A DNA stretch of 27,492 nt from NCBI GenBank assembly GCA_041288095.1, contig JBGGMJ010000057.1, positions 1 to 27,492 of the forward strand. Direction: 5' to 3'. The notes under the pieces are model-generated. The model worked only from the letters and a program-made list of their open reading frames with translations. It did not search any database and had not been told where the DNA came from. Numbering within the stretch: the stretch's first letter is position 1; each line of letters opens with the position of its first letter. Below are positions 1 through 9,128 of the stretch, in pieces. A program made the position numbers and the translations under genes. The stretch is from Myxococcota bacterium. Lineage in GTDB: Bacteria; Myxococcota; XYA12-FULL-58-9; JALHOP01.

Positions 1-754
1 CTTTCAAGGTGCCGGCAATCGAGTCCGGGTCAATGCGCTCGAGCGGACGGCGAATCGCGACCACCGAGGCGTGAACGTCGTCGCGGAGCTGGCGGATGGT
101 CGTCGTGCTCTCGTTCGACAAGGTGGCCAGCTGGTCGCTCGCCTTCGCCACCGAGACCAGCGCTTGCGCCAGGGGCTCCTGGTTGCGCGCCAACATCTTG
201 TCGGTCGTGCGCAGCGTGTTGTCGAGCGACACGAGGATGCTCTCGAAGCGTTTGCGGTTCTCGAGGCTCGTCCATTGGTTGACGTTGTTGGCGATCTCGT
301 TGACTCGCGCCGCCACCAGGGTTGCCTGGTCGACGATCTGGCCGATGAACGACGGGTCGGGCTGGATCTGCGCGTATTCGCCGAGCCGCGGTGAGCGCGG
401 ATCCCCGCCGACCAGATTCACGGTCTTGAGCCCGGTGAGGCCGCTCATGTCGAGCTGGGCCTTGACGCCCTCGAAGAGCGGCACCTCGGGATTGAGCGAC
501 AAGATGACCTCGATGATCAGCGGATCATCGGGCGCGATGCGGATGCGCTCGACGCGGCCAACGCGGAGGCCGCGATATCTCACCGTCGCGGCGCTCTCGA
601 GGCCGGAGACATCGTCGGTGAAGCGCACCACATAGTGCGCGCGTTTCTCGAGCACGAGTGTGCCGCCCACCCAAAGCAGCGCGCCGACGACCAGGCCGAT
701 GCCTACGAAGAGGAACACCGAAAGGCGTAGCTTCTGGGCTGGTGTGAGCTTCAT
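1..754 (-). CDS. mlaD: MlaD/MCE family protein (partial, runs off the left edge)
   Basis: Absent from the ORF track because it has no stop in the window. Manual translation from ATG at 754 gives MKLTPAQKLRLSVFLFVGIGLVVGALLWVGG...YVVRFTDDVSGLESAATVRYRGLRVGRVERIRI, i.e. an N-terminal TM helix plus the MCE signature, then a helical region. ATGA overlap with the upstream ATPase. Confidence 0.9.
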   Translation of the reverse strand, partial: MKLTPAQKLRLSVFLFVGIGLVVGALLWVGGTLVLEKRAHYVVRFTDDVSGLESAATVRYRGLRVGRVERIRIAPDDPLIIEVILSLNPEVPLFEGVKAQLDMSGLTGLKTVNLVGGDPRSPRLGEYAQIQPDPSFIGQIVDQATLVAARVNEIANNVNQWTSLENRKRFESILVSLDNTLRTTDKMLARNQEPLAQALVSVAKASDQLATLSNESTTTIRQLRDDVHASVVAIRRPLERIDPDSIAGTLK

Positions 755-1548
755 GGCAGATGCCCTCCGAGCGCCTGCAGTACGGTTTCGCCGCCACCGG
801 CGGACTTTCCGGCGATGCGGTCGAAGAAGGCTCGGATGACGGGCACGTCGTACTGTCGCACGTCTGCGAGGGGACCGCTCGCGACCACGTTGCCTTTTCC
901 GAGCATGGTGACGTCGTCGGCGATCTTGTCGATGCTCGCGAGCTCGTGGGTGACCACGACGATGGTCATGCCGAACCGGTCGCGTAGCTCGATGAGCAGG
1001 TCATCGAGCTCGACGGCGGTGACCGGGTCCAAACCCGCCGACGGCTCGTCGCAGAAGAGGATCTCCGGGTCCAAAGCCATGGCGCGCGCCAGAGCGGCGC
1101 GCTTCTTCATGCCGCCCGACAGCTCTGGCGGAAAGCGCTGCGCCGCGGGCAACAGGCTCACTTGGTCGAGCTTCATGCGAACAATGTCGTCGATGACGGA
1201 CTGCGGGAGCGTCGTCTTCTCCTGCAGCGGCAGCGCCACGTTATCGTGGAGCGTCAATGAATTGAGCAACGCACCGCCCTGGAACAGCATGCCAACGCGG
1301 CCCATGACGGCTTCGTATTCCGGCTCGTCGGCTTCGGCGATGTTGACGCCGAGCAGGAAAACCTCGCCGCCCGCCGGCTCCTTCAAACCCACCACGTGCT
1401 TCAAGAGCGTGCTCTTGCCGGAGCCCGAGCCTCCGAGAATGACGTGGATGGTCCCGGAGCGCACCCGCATGTCGATCTGGTTCAAGACCACACGGTCGCC
1501 GTATTTGGCGATGAGCTTCCTGACATCGAGTGGGTACTGAGTGGTCAT
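751..1548 (-). CDS. mlaF: ABC transporter ATP-binding protein, MlaF/Mkl type
   Basis: C-terminal part of ORF 751..2265, with the likely start MTTQYPLDVRK at 1548. Walker A GGSGSGKS, signature LSGGMKKR, Walker B ILFCDEPSAGLDP, H-loop VVTHEL. Lies between MlaE and MlaD. Confidence 0.93.
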   Translation of the reverse strand: MTTQYPLDVRKLIAKYGDRVVLNQIDMRVRSGTIHVILGGSGSGKSTLLKHVVGLKEPAGGEVFLLGVNIAEADEPEYEAVMGRVGMLFQGGALLNSLTLHDNVALPLQEKTTLPQSVIDDIVRMKLDQVSLLPAAQRFPPELSGGMKKRAALARAMALDPEILFCDEPSAGLDPVTAVELDDLLIELRDRFGMTIVVVTHELASIDKIADDVTMLGKGNVVASGPLADVRQYDVPVIRAFFDRIAGKSAGGGETVLQALGGHLP

Positions 1549-1553
1549 GAGCG

Positions 1554-2612
1554 TTAGAAGTAGAAGAGCAGGCTGAAGGCAGCGTCCGCAACGATAACGG
1601 TGAAGATCCCGGCGACGACGCTGGTCGTGGTGCTGCGACCCACGGCATCGGCGCCGCCCCCGGTGCGCAAGCCACAGAGCGCCCCGATGCTGACGATGAC
1701 ATTGGCGAAGACGACGCTCTTGAACAAACCGGTGGCGACGTCCTTCAAGAAAATGGCCTCGTGCAACCGCTGCACGAACGCGCTCGGCCCGATGTCCAAG
1801 TAGAAGACCGCCACCAACAAGCCGCCGAAGATGGCGACGACGTTGGCGTACATGGTGAGCAGCGGCTGGGTGATGGTGATCGCCATCGTCTTCGGGACGA
1901 TGAGAAAGCGCGTCGGGTGCAGGCCCATGGTGTGCAACGCGTCGATCTCTTCGGTGATCACCATGGTGCCGATCTCGGCCGCGACCGCGGACCCCGAGCG
2001 GCCGGCGACCATGATGGCGGTGAGCAACGGTCCCAGCTCGCGCGTCAGCGAGACGCCCACCAGGTCGGCGATGAAGATGCTGGCGCCGAACTGCCGCAGC
2101 TGCGCCGCGCCTTGCAACGCCATGACGCCGCCGATGAGGAACGACATAAGACCGACGACGCCGAGCGCCTGCGACCCCATGAACATCATTTGCAGGCCCA
2201 CGTCGCGCGCCCGTACGGTGCGCGTCAGGATGGCTTGCACCGTGAACCAGGCGATGTCGGCGCATAGCAAGACATACGCGAACCCAACCTCGCGCGCCTT
2301 GGCGAAGCCGCCGGCGAGCTGCTCGAGCATGTCCTCGACGTAGACTTTCTCGATGACCGAGGGGTCCGGGAGAGGAAAGAGCTCGAGGGTGCGCGCGACG
2401 TTGTCCGATGCCCCGATGACCGCGAGCTTGGTTCCGCTTTCGCGGGCACGACGCGCGAAAGCCGCGATGATGGCGACGCCGGCGGTGTCGATGGTGAGCA
2501 CCTGGGTGAGATCGAGCGTGAGCTCGTCATTCAAGCGCAGGGCGGCCAGCTCTTCCGCGATCACCGCCGCGCGGTCGCGCGTCAGGTTTCCTTCGAGTAC
2601 GTGTCGGCTCAT
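1554..2612 (-). CDS. mlaE: MlaE family permease with N-terminal STAS (MlaB-like) domain
   Basis: N-terminal STAS-like segment LDLTQVLTIDTAGVA. MlaE motifs RELGPLLTAIMVAGRSGSAVAAEIGTM..TEEIDAL and GGADAVGRSTTTSVV. Confidence 0.93.
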   Translation of the reverse strand: MSRHVLEGNLTRDRAAVIAEELAALRLNDELTLDLTQVLTIDTAGVAIIAAFARRARESGTKLAVIGASDNVARTLELFPLPDPSVIEKVYVEDMLEQLAGGFAKAREVGFAYVLLCADIAWFTVQAILTRTVRARDVGLQMMFMGSQALGVVGLMSFLIGGVMALQGAAQLRQFGASIFIADLVGVSLTRELGPLLTAIMVAGRSGSAVAAEIGTMVITEEIDALHTMGLHPTRFLIVPKTMAITITQPLLTMYANVVAIFGGLLVAVFYLDIGPSAFVQRLHEAIFLKDVATGLFKSVVFANVIVSIGALCGLRTGGGADAVGRSTTTSVVAGIFTVIVADAAFSLLFYF

Positions 2613-4216
2613 GGAACCGCCACGCTGAAACGCAGCAAGATGTCGTGCTCGATCTGATCACGCGCCGACACGTTCCGGTTCCGCAGGAAGTCGATGACGT
2701 AGTTGATGCTGGCGAACTGCGTGAGCTTCAAGGCGATGGTTGAGCTCATGTCGACGATGAGCGCGTCGTTCCGCGAAAACGGCGTCAAGGTGTCGAGCTC
2801 CAGGTTGATGATCACGTAGTTGGTGATGCGGGCAATGGCCAGCACCGTGGCCTCGATACCGAAAGTCGTGTCGGAAGCCACGCGGCTGAAGTCGGCGGTC
2901 GTTCGGTCGTCGTCGTCGGCGTTGTCCTCGACCAAGAGGTCGCGGGTGATGGTCTGGCGCGCGCCCGGCCCGACGCGGAAGTTCATCTCGGCGAACAGCG
3001 TCTTCAAGACCCGCGTATTGACGCCGATGCCTTCGCGCAACGTCGTCAAGCCGAACGGCGGGGCGGTCTTCAGGCGCTCGTCGATCGACTGCTCGCTCAG
3101 CTGCTGTCCGGTGCTGTTGAAGACGCGGTAGATCGGCGGATCGTCCTCGTCGAAGTAGCGATAGGTGTCGAAGAGGTTGGCCTCTCCGCCAAAGCGGACA
3201 TAAGGGCCGATCCACGGCAACCAACGGTAGATGTACAGGGCGTCGAGAGCGAGCCGGTCGCGTGTTTTTTGCCACGGCAAGTTGGGGAGCTTCCCCTGAC
3301 CCTCTTCGACCTGCAGGCGCAAGAGCAGCGGATTCTTGGCGATCAAGAAGTTCAAGCGGCCGTCGAGGAACGCGCTCGCGGCGTAGCTCTCGCCGGCTGG
3401 TTGGTTCAAGACGTTGCTGCGCGAGGTGAGCGAGGCGTTGCCGCCGATGACCAGTGAGCCGGCCACCGCGTCGCGCGGCTTGAAGAGCTCGGACTCGCTG
3501 ATCTCGCCTGCCCCTTGGAACGCGTTGGTGTTCTCGTCGAGCACGAGGATGTAGTGCGTGTGCGCGCCGGGCAGGAGGCGCACCGTCGAGAAGTCGGTGC
3601 GGGCGCGATAGTTCTCGCCGACGCGCACCACCTTGTAGAGACCGGGCTTGAGCATCCAGGTCTGCACGGGCTCGCCGGCCTGCTCGTCGGTACCGAAGCC
3701 GATGCCGATGTACGAGCGGTCTTCCATGCGAATGAGCTCGTACGAGGCGCGCAAGCTCGCGTAGGTCTGCGTGACCACGTGAATCGACAGACCCGACCAC
3801 GAGACGGGAATGACCGTGGTGCTCTGCTCGCGCACGGTGACGTCGTAGGGCATCTGCTGCTGGATGGCGCCGGATCCGACCTGCACGCGGTATTCGCCGG
3901 GGGACACGACGATACGTTTGCCGGTGGTCGATTCGGCGATGAGCTCGCCACCGAAGTAGACCGTGACCGGTGGCTCATCGAGCCCGGTGGTCATCGACGG
4001 CACGAAGATGGCGCCCTTGCCGAAGGGGACGAGCGTCGGGTCGCGCTCGAGCTGAGCACGCACCGTACCAGCCGGCCATTCGCCGCCTTGACCGATGACC
4101 GCGTTGACCGCGACGTCGATGTTCTCGGGGGCTGGCTCTTCCTCCTGCGCTTTCGCGTCCATCATCGCGAACAGCGGAGGACCAAGCGCCAGAAACAGCC
4201 AGGCGCGGCGATGCAC
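2609..4216 (-). CDS. Exported protein, putative outer-membrane beta-barrel with N-terminal beta-sandwich (PEGA-like) domains
   Basis: ORF 2609..4300. The likely start is GTG at 4216 (MHRRAWLFLALGPPLFAMMDAKAQ, signal peptide), overlapping the upstream TAG. Repeated PGxYxV-type motifs in the N-terminal half and alternating amphipathic strands in the C-terminal half. ATGA overlap with mlaE. The fold is inferred. Confidence 0.65.
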   Translation of the reverse strand: MHRRAWLFLALGPPLFAMMDAKAQEEEPAPENIDVAVNAVIGQGGEWPAGTVRAQLERDPTLVPFGKGAIFVPSMTTGLDEPPVTVYFGGELIAESTTGKRIVVSPGEYRVQVGSGAIQQQMPYDVTVREQSTTVIPVSWSGLSIHVVTQTYASLRASYELIRMEDRSYIGIGFGTDEQAGEPVQTWMLKPGLYKVVRVGENYRARTDFSTVRLLPGAHTHYILVLDENTNAFQGAGEISESELFKPRDAVAGSLVIGGNASLTSRSNVLNQPAGESYAASAFLDGRLNFLIAKNPLLLRLQVEEGQGKLPNLPWQKTRDRLALDALYIYRWLPWIGPYVRFGGEANLFDTYRYFDEDDPPIYRVFNSTGQQLSEQSIDERLKTAPPFGLTTLREGIGVNTRVLKTLFAEMNFRVGPGARQTITRDLLVEDNADDDDRTTADFSRVASDTTFGIEATVLAIARITNYVIINLELDTLTPFSRNDALIVDMSSTIALKLTQFASINYVIDFLRNRNVSARDQIEHDILLRFSVAVP

Positions 4217-5055
4217 TATCGGTGCTTTTTCGTGGCGGCGGCGGTGGTCGCACCGTCCGCCATAGCGGTCTCGACCTTTGTCTTGCTCGCGGGCGTCCAC
4301 GCCATGTTTAGCGCCTTGATGTGGCCGTCGTCGGCGAACGTCGGCGTGCTCACGATCTCGAGGGTCTCGAGGCGCAGATCGTTGCGGTAGTGATCGCTCG
4401 CGAAGGTGCCGTTCCAGGTGCCGTCAGCGTTCTTCTTGGAGCAGCAGACAAGCTCGATATTCTGCTTCTCTAGCTCCTTCACGAACCCCGCGACGCCGGC
4501 CTTCTTCACCGGGGTTTTGAAGTCCGGGGCGTTCATCGTGAAGTCCTCGGTCACGAGCTGCAGCACGGCTGGTCCGTTGCGCGTCTTGACCGCGTCTTGA
4601 ATGGCGGCGAGCCAGCGGTCGTTGCGGTTGGCGATGGTCGAAACCAGCGTCTGCTTCGCCGTCTCGTCCATGGTGAGGGTCAACATCTTCACCTTGTCCT
4701 GGTCGATGACGGCTTCGGCCTTGAAGGGCAGGGGGTCCAAGCCCAGCGACTTCCAGTCGGTGCGCTCGATGGTGAGGGTCCAGGCGAGCTTGCCGTGCAA
4801 GCCGCTCTTGTCGCTGGTCGCCTTCATCTGGGGTTTCTTCGGGAGCACCCGGCCCAGCCACGAGACGATCTCGTCGTTGTTGAGCATGCTCTCGTTGTCG
4901 ACCTTCACGAAAGGCTCGTCGGCGAAGAGCGCCATGATGGCTTCAGGCTCGTTGGCGTTGAAGGTGGCCTCGAGCTTGGCGGCGGTTTCTTCGGGCTTGG
5001 GGCCGCAAGCGCAAACGAGCAGTAAGGGGGCATACACTACGAACGAGCGTTTCAT
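4216..5055 (-). CDS. Lipoprotein with two tandem SnoaL/NTF2-like domains (putative)
   Basis: Start MKRSFVVYAPLLLVCAC at 5055, with a lipobox-like Cys. Two similar halves (TFNANEPEAIMALFADE / AVKTRNGPAVLQLVTED) resemble the N-terminal helix pattern of NTF2-like folds. Confidence 0.6.
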   Translation of the reverse strand: MKRSFVVYAPLLLVCACGPKPEETAAKLEATFNANEPEAIMALFADEPFVKVDNESMLNNDEIVSWLGRVLPKKPQMKATSDKSGLHGKLAWTLTIERTDWKSLGLDPLPFKAEAVIDQDKVKMLTLTMDETAKQTLVSTIANRNDRWLAAIQDAVKTRNGPAVLQLVTEDFTMNAPDFKTPVKKAGVAGFVKELEKQNIELVCCSKKNADGTWNGTFASDHYRNDLRLETLEIVSTPTFADDGHIKALNMAWTPASKTKVETAMADGATTAAATKKHR

Positions 5056-5301
5056 GGCCTTTGTCGTGACCCAGGCTGGGGTCGAAATCAAGCAACGTAT
5101 TCGCGGTTTTGACGACCGGGCAAACCCCCGATCGTGCGTCACTTTCCATCTTGACGCGGCGCGTACGTGCCTCCGCAACTTGTGATCCGGCGAGCCGATA
5201 CTCGTCTTGCTTCCCTCGGTGTCTTGCTGCGGCGCGGCTCTTGCGTTCGTGGCACAATCCAATCCAGAAAAGTTCCTGTAGTACGGAGGTATGACGTGGG
5301 C

Positions 5302-5853
5302 ATGACCGCGTCGGTACGTAATCTCGATTTGCGTCAACGCAACGAGATGGCGCGCCTAGTCATTCGCGAGCTGGTTCGGGCCCGACGTGTGCCCGTGGGC
5401 AGCGAGCCTCCGGACCCGGTCAACTGCCTGGTCACGCGTGCGCAGGTGATGAACCGCGCCAACGTTCGTATGCTCACGCATGCGGTCGGCCTCCTCGAAG
5501 AGGCGCGTGTCACGGTTCAAGACGCGGTGGTCACGCACGAAGTGTCGCTGACCCTGGCCCTCGCGCGCGACATCCCCTCGCTCATGGATCTCGAGGACCT
5601 CGACCTCAACGCCATCATCGCGGAGCGCTTCAACGAGCTGCGGCTCGCGACGCGCACGCGACTCGCGTCCATCGTGGTCGCTTCGAAGCAGTGCGCCATC
5701 GGCTCCATCGCCAAGATGGGCCTGGTGAGCGAGCATCAGGACTTGCGTCAGGCCGCTTTCGCCTACGAGAGCGCCTATACGCTGCTGGGCCGCGCCGTGC
5801 GCATGCACCTGAGCTTCGACGTCTTGTGCAGCATGGAATCGAAGCGGCGGTGA
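5302..5853 (+). CDS. Hypothetical protein (~183 aa, predicted helical)
   Basis: ATG at 5302 is in frame with ORF 5167..5853, with GGAGGT at 5285-5290 and GC-rich third codon positions. No family recognised. Confidence 0.65.
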   Translation: MTASVRNLDLRQRNEMARLVIRELVRARRVPVGSEPPDPVNCLVTRAQVMNRANVRMLTHAVGLLEEARVTVQDAVVTHEVSLTLALARDIPSLMDLEDLDLNAIIAERFNELRLATRTRLASIVVASKQCAIGSIAKMGLVSEHQDLRQAAFAYESAYTLLGRAVRMHLSFDVLCSMESKRR

Positions 5854-5874
5854 GATGACCGCTCATCGGCGCGC

Positions 5875-6624
5875 ATGATCAGCGCACTCGCGGCGGTGTT
5901 GTCTCTCCTCATCGGTGTCTCGCTGGGCCTGCTCGGCGGCGGTGGGTCGATTCTCACCGTGCCAATTTTCCTGCACGTGCTCGGTGTCGATCCGAAGCCC
6001 GCTATCGCGGCCTCGCTCGTCGTCGTCGGCACGACCAGCGCCGTAGCCGCGGCCGTGCATGCAATACGGGGCAGAGTTCGCTTCAAGGTCGGTGTGACCT
6101 TCGGCGCCGCCGCGATGGTCGGTGCCTATCTCGGCGGACTGCTCGGCCGGTTCGTCGCGGGTCCACACCTCATCATCGCTTTCGCGGCCATGATGGTGGT
6201 CACCGCCGTCATGATGATCCGCGGCCGCGGAGCCGCTGTGTCGGCGGAGCCGCGCCCATTGCCCCTGATCCTCGCGCAAGGCGTGGGCGTCGGTTTGATG
6301 ACCGGCCTCATCGGCGCGGGTGGCGGCTTCATCATCGTTCCCGCTTTGGTCTTGCTTGGCGGCCTGGCTCCCAAGGAGGCCATGGCAACCTCGCTCATGG
6401 TGATCGCCGCGAACTGCTTCGCGGGCCTCGCGAGTCAGCTCAACCACGTCGCTATCGACTGGCGCGTCACGCTGCTGGTCACCGCCGTCGCGGTGCTCGG
6501 GAGCCTGGTCGGCGTCGGACTCGCCGAGAAGGTCAAGGAAGCGCGTCTTCGCCAGGCTTTCGGCTGGCTGGTCCTGGCCATGGGGATCTTCGAGCTGGTC
6601 AAAAGCCTACGTTTCGGGGCATGA
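5875..6624 (+). CDS. Sulfite exporter TauE/SafE family membrane protein
   Basis: Duplicated GLLGGGGSILTVP and GLIGAGGGFIIVPAL motifs, AIAASL/AMATSL, multiple TM segments. Confidence 0.92.
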   Translation: MISALAAVLSLLIGVSLGLLGGGGSILTVPIFLHVLGVDPKPAIAASLVVVGTTSAVAAAVHAIRGRVRFKVGVTFGAAAMVGAYLGGLLGRFVAGPHLIIAFAAMMVVTAVMMIRGRGAAVSAEPRPLPLILAQGVGVGLMTGLIGAGGGFIIVPALVLLGGLAPKEAMATSLMVIAANCFAGLASQLNHVAIDWRVTLLVTAVAVLGSLVGVGLAEKVKEARLRQAFGWLVLAMGIFELVKSLRFGA

Positions 6625-6713
6625 CCGGGTGCCTCCGGAGCGTTGTTGCGCTGTGGCATTTTGGTCCTTAACTTGCAGAGCTTGCACGGGTCCGTGGACC
6701 CAAGGGTGACGCC

Positions 6714-7430
6714 ATGAACACATCGGCAAACGACGTCTATCGCCGCTCCGTGAACGCGGGTGACCGCGCCCACGCTTCCTCGGAGCTCGCGTCCTTCTTC
6801 GCGAAGACCTACGCGTGGATGGGGCTCGGCCTCGCCATGACCGGCTGCGTGGCCGTCGCCGTGGTCAATTCCGAGACCATGATGAATCTGATCTACGGCA
6901 ACCGCGCCATGGTCTGGGTGTTGCTGTTCGGCCAGATCGCCTTGGTTTGGGCGTTCGCCGCAATGGCCCACCGCGTGAGCGGCACCACCGCCGCCCTCAT
7001 GTTCACGGCTTACGCCGCGAGCGTCGGTCTGACGCTCTCGTCCATCTTCCTGGTCTACAGCCAGTCGTCGATCACCCAGATGTTCTTCGTGACGGCGGGG
7101 GCATTCGGCGGCTTGTCGCTCGTTGGCGCGACGACGAAGCGTGACCTCACTCCGATCGGTCGCTTCATGATGATGGGCCTCTTCGGCCTCGTCATCGCCG
7201 TCGTCGTCAGCTGGTTCTGGCAGAACAGCGCCTTCCAGTTCGTCATGTCGTGCGCTGGCGTGCTCATTTTCTCCGGGCTCACCGCTTACGATACCCAGAA
7301 GCTCAAGAACATCTATTCGGAGCGCGGCGAGGCCGGTAATCTGGCGCTGCGTGGGGCGCTGACGCTCTACCTCGACTTCATCAACTTGTTCTTGTTCCTG
7401 CTGCGACTCTTTGGAAGTCGCCGCGACTAG
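6714..7430 (+). CDS. Bax inhibitor-1/YccA family membrane protein
   Basis: Motifs YAWMGLGLAMT, TTKRDLT, TAYDTQKLK and GALTLYLDFINLFLFLLRLFG. Confidence 0.95.
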   Translation: MNTSANDVYRRSVNAGDRAHASSELASFFAKTYAWMGLGLAMTGCVAVAVVNSETMMNLIYGNRAMVWVLLFGQIALVWAFAAMAHRVSGTTAALMFTAYAASVGLTLSSIFLVYSQSSITQMFFVTAGAFGGLSLVGATTKRDLTPIGRFMMMGLFGLVIAVVVSWFWQNSAFQFVMSCAGVLIFSGLTAYDTQKLKNIYSERGEAGNLALRGALTLYLDFINLFLFLLRLFGSRRD

Positions 7431-7442
7431 CGGGCGGAGACG

Positions 7443-7520
7443 ATGCTGGGGAGCACCGTCGACATCCAGAGCTTGCGTGAGCGCTACCTCCAGGCGGTGC
7501 TCGCCGGAGCGCGTTCATGA
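7443..7520 (+). pseudogene. 25-codon ORF (MLGSTVDIQSLRERYLQAVLAGARS), possible gene remnant or leader peptide
   Basis: ATG at 7443 after GGAG (7436-7439). Its TGA overlaps the kinase ATG (ATGA 7517-7520). LRERYLQAVLAG recalls the first helix of B12-binding cap domains (by-eye resemblance only). Confidence 0.4.
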
Positions 7521-9109
7521 GCGCGGCGAGCAGTACGGCGCCGCTGGTGACGGTGCTCAACGTCAACGACAACGTCACCTCGCGTTACACGACCACCCGC
7601 ATGCTGCTGCAGGCGGGTTTCCAAGTCATCGAGTGTCCGGACGGTGAGAGCGCGCTGACGCACAGCTTGCGTGAGCCCGACGTCGTCGTGCTCGACATTC
7701 GCTTGCCGGACATCGACGGCTTCGAGGTTTGCCGGCGCATCAAGGCGAGCCCGGCGACCGCGGGCGTGAAGGTATTGCTCACCTCCGCGACCTTCACCAC
7801 CCCCGAGAGCAAGATTCACGGCCTCGAGGTCGGAGCGGACGGTTACCTCGCACAACCGTTCGAGGCCACCGAGATGATCGCGACCATCCACTCGCTCTCG
7901 AAGCTCAAGCGAGCCGAGACCGAGCTGCGTCGCCGGGCGGAGAGCCTCGCGGAGGCGGACCTGCGCAAGAACGAGTTTCTTGCCATGCTGGCTCACGAGC
8001 TGCGCAACCCGCTTGCGGCCATCACCGCGTCGTATCCCATTCTCGAGCGCCGAGCCCCGATGGACGAGCCCGAGCGCCGAGCCCGTGACGTCATCTTGCG
8101 TCAGACGCAACACCTCACGCGGATGGTGGACGACTTGCTCGACGTGGCCCGCGTCACCCATGGCAAGATCGAGCTCCGGCGCGAGCTCATCTGCTTGAAC
8201 GAGCTCCTTCAGCGTGTCGCCAACACCGCGCGCGAGACGCGCATGTCGGGTCGCAACCAAAACATCGCGGTGACGTTGCCCGACGTGAACATTTACACCG
8301 ATGGCGACGTAACGCGGCTCGAGCAGGTGCTGAACAACTTGCTCGACAACGCCAGCAAGTACGCGGAGGCGGGCACCATCCAGATGGAGCTGCTCGCCCC
8401 GGACTCGTCGGGCTTCGCGCGCATTCGTGTCCGCGATCGCGGCGTTGGTATCGCGCCGGAGCAGTTGTCATCGATCTTCAATCTTTTCGCGCAGTCTGGA
8501 CAGACCATCGCCCGCACCAAAGGTGGCTTGGGCATTGGATTGACCTTGGTGCGCACATTGGTGAATTTGCACGGCGGCACCGTGGTGGCGCGTAGCGAAG
8601 GACGAGGCATGGGCAGCGAGTTCGAAGTGTCGCTTCCGGCGGTCACGGGTCAGGCGCTCGAGCGCGGCAAGTCCGCGACGAAGATTTCCGATGAGGGCCC
8701 GAGCGCGAACACGCCACCGCGGCGCATTCTCCTGGTCGAGGACAACTCCGACGCGCAGATGGCGCTCAAGGACTTGCTCGAGATTTGGGGACACGATGTG
8801 ATTACCGCCTCGGACGGCCTCAGCGGGGTGGAGCGGGCTCTTGCGGCGATGCCCGAGGTCGCGCTCGTCGACATCGGCTTGCCGCTGATCGACGGCTACG
8901 AAGTCGCGCGCCGTATCCGCGCCGCCAAGGACGGGCAGTCGATCCACCTGGTGGCGCTCACGGGATATGGCTCTTCCGAGCAGCGCGCCAAGGCTCTGGA
9001 GGCGGGTTTCGACGTGCACTTGGTGAAACCCGTCGAGCCGCTTCGCCTCGAGCGCCTCCTCATGCAGCTACCGGCGCGCCAGTCGCCGAGTTTGCGCGTC
9101 GTCCGTTGA
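7517..9109 (+). CDS. Hybrid sensor histidine kinase/response regulator (REC-HisKA-HATPase_c-REC)
   Basis: H-box FLAMLAHELRNPL, N-box NLLDNASKY, G boxes DRGVGI and GGLGIGL. Receivers at both ends (VVLDIRLPD; ALVDIGLP...HLVKP). No TM segments. Confidence 0.95.
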   Translation: MSAASSTAPLVTVLNVNDNVTSRYTTTRMLLQAGFQVIECPDGESALTHSLREPDVVVLDIRLPDIDGFEVCRRIKASPATAGVKVLLTSATFTTPESKIHGLEVGADGYLAQPFEATEMIATIHSLSKLKRAETELRRRAESLAEADLRKNEFLAMLAHELRNPLAAITASYPILERRAPMDEPERRARDVILRQTQHLTRMVDDLLDVARVTHGKIELRRELICLNELLQRVANTARETRMSGRNQNIAVTLPDVNIYTDGDVTRLEQVLNNLLDNASKYAEAGTIQMELLAPDSSGFARIRVRDRGVGIAPEQLSSIFNLFAQSGQTIARTKGGLGIGLTLVRTLVNLHGGTVVARSEGRGMGSEFEVSLPAVTGQALERGKSATKISDEGPSANTPPRRILLVEDNSDAQMALKDLLEIWGHDVITASDGLSGVERALAAMPEVALVDIGLPLIDGYEVARRIRAAKDGQSIHLVALTGYGSSEQRAKALEAGFDVHLVKPVEPLRLERLLMQLPARQSPSLRVVR

Positions 9110-9128
9110 TACGGTACGCGCCGACGCC

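Noticed and set aside
1549-2265. Long N-terminal extension of the ABC ATPase in ORF 751..2265
   Set aside because: An Arg/His-rich off-frame read of mlaE. The real start is at 1548.
5115-5145. GGGCAAACC resembling the start of a c-di-GMP-I riboswitch
   Set aside because: The following GNRA-capped stem and the GACGCAAAGC-like segment are absent.
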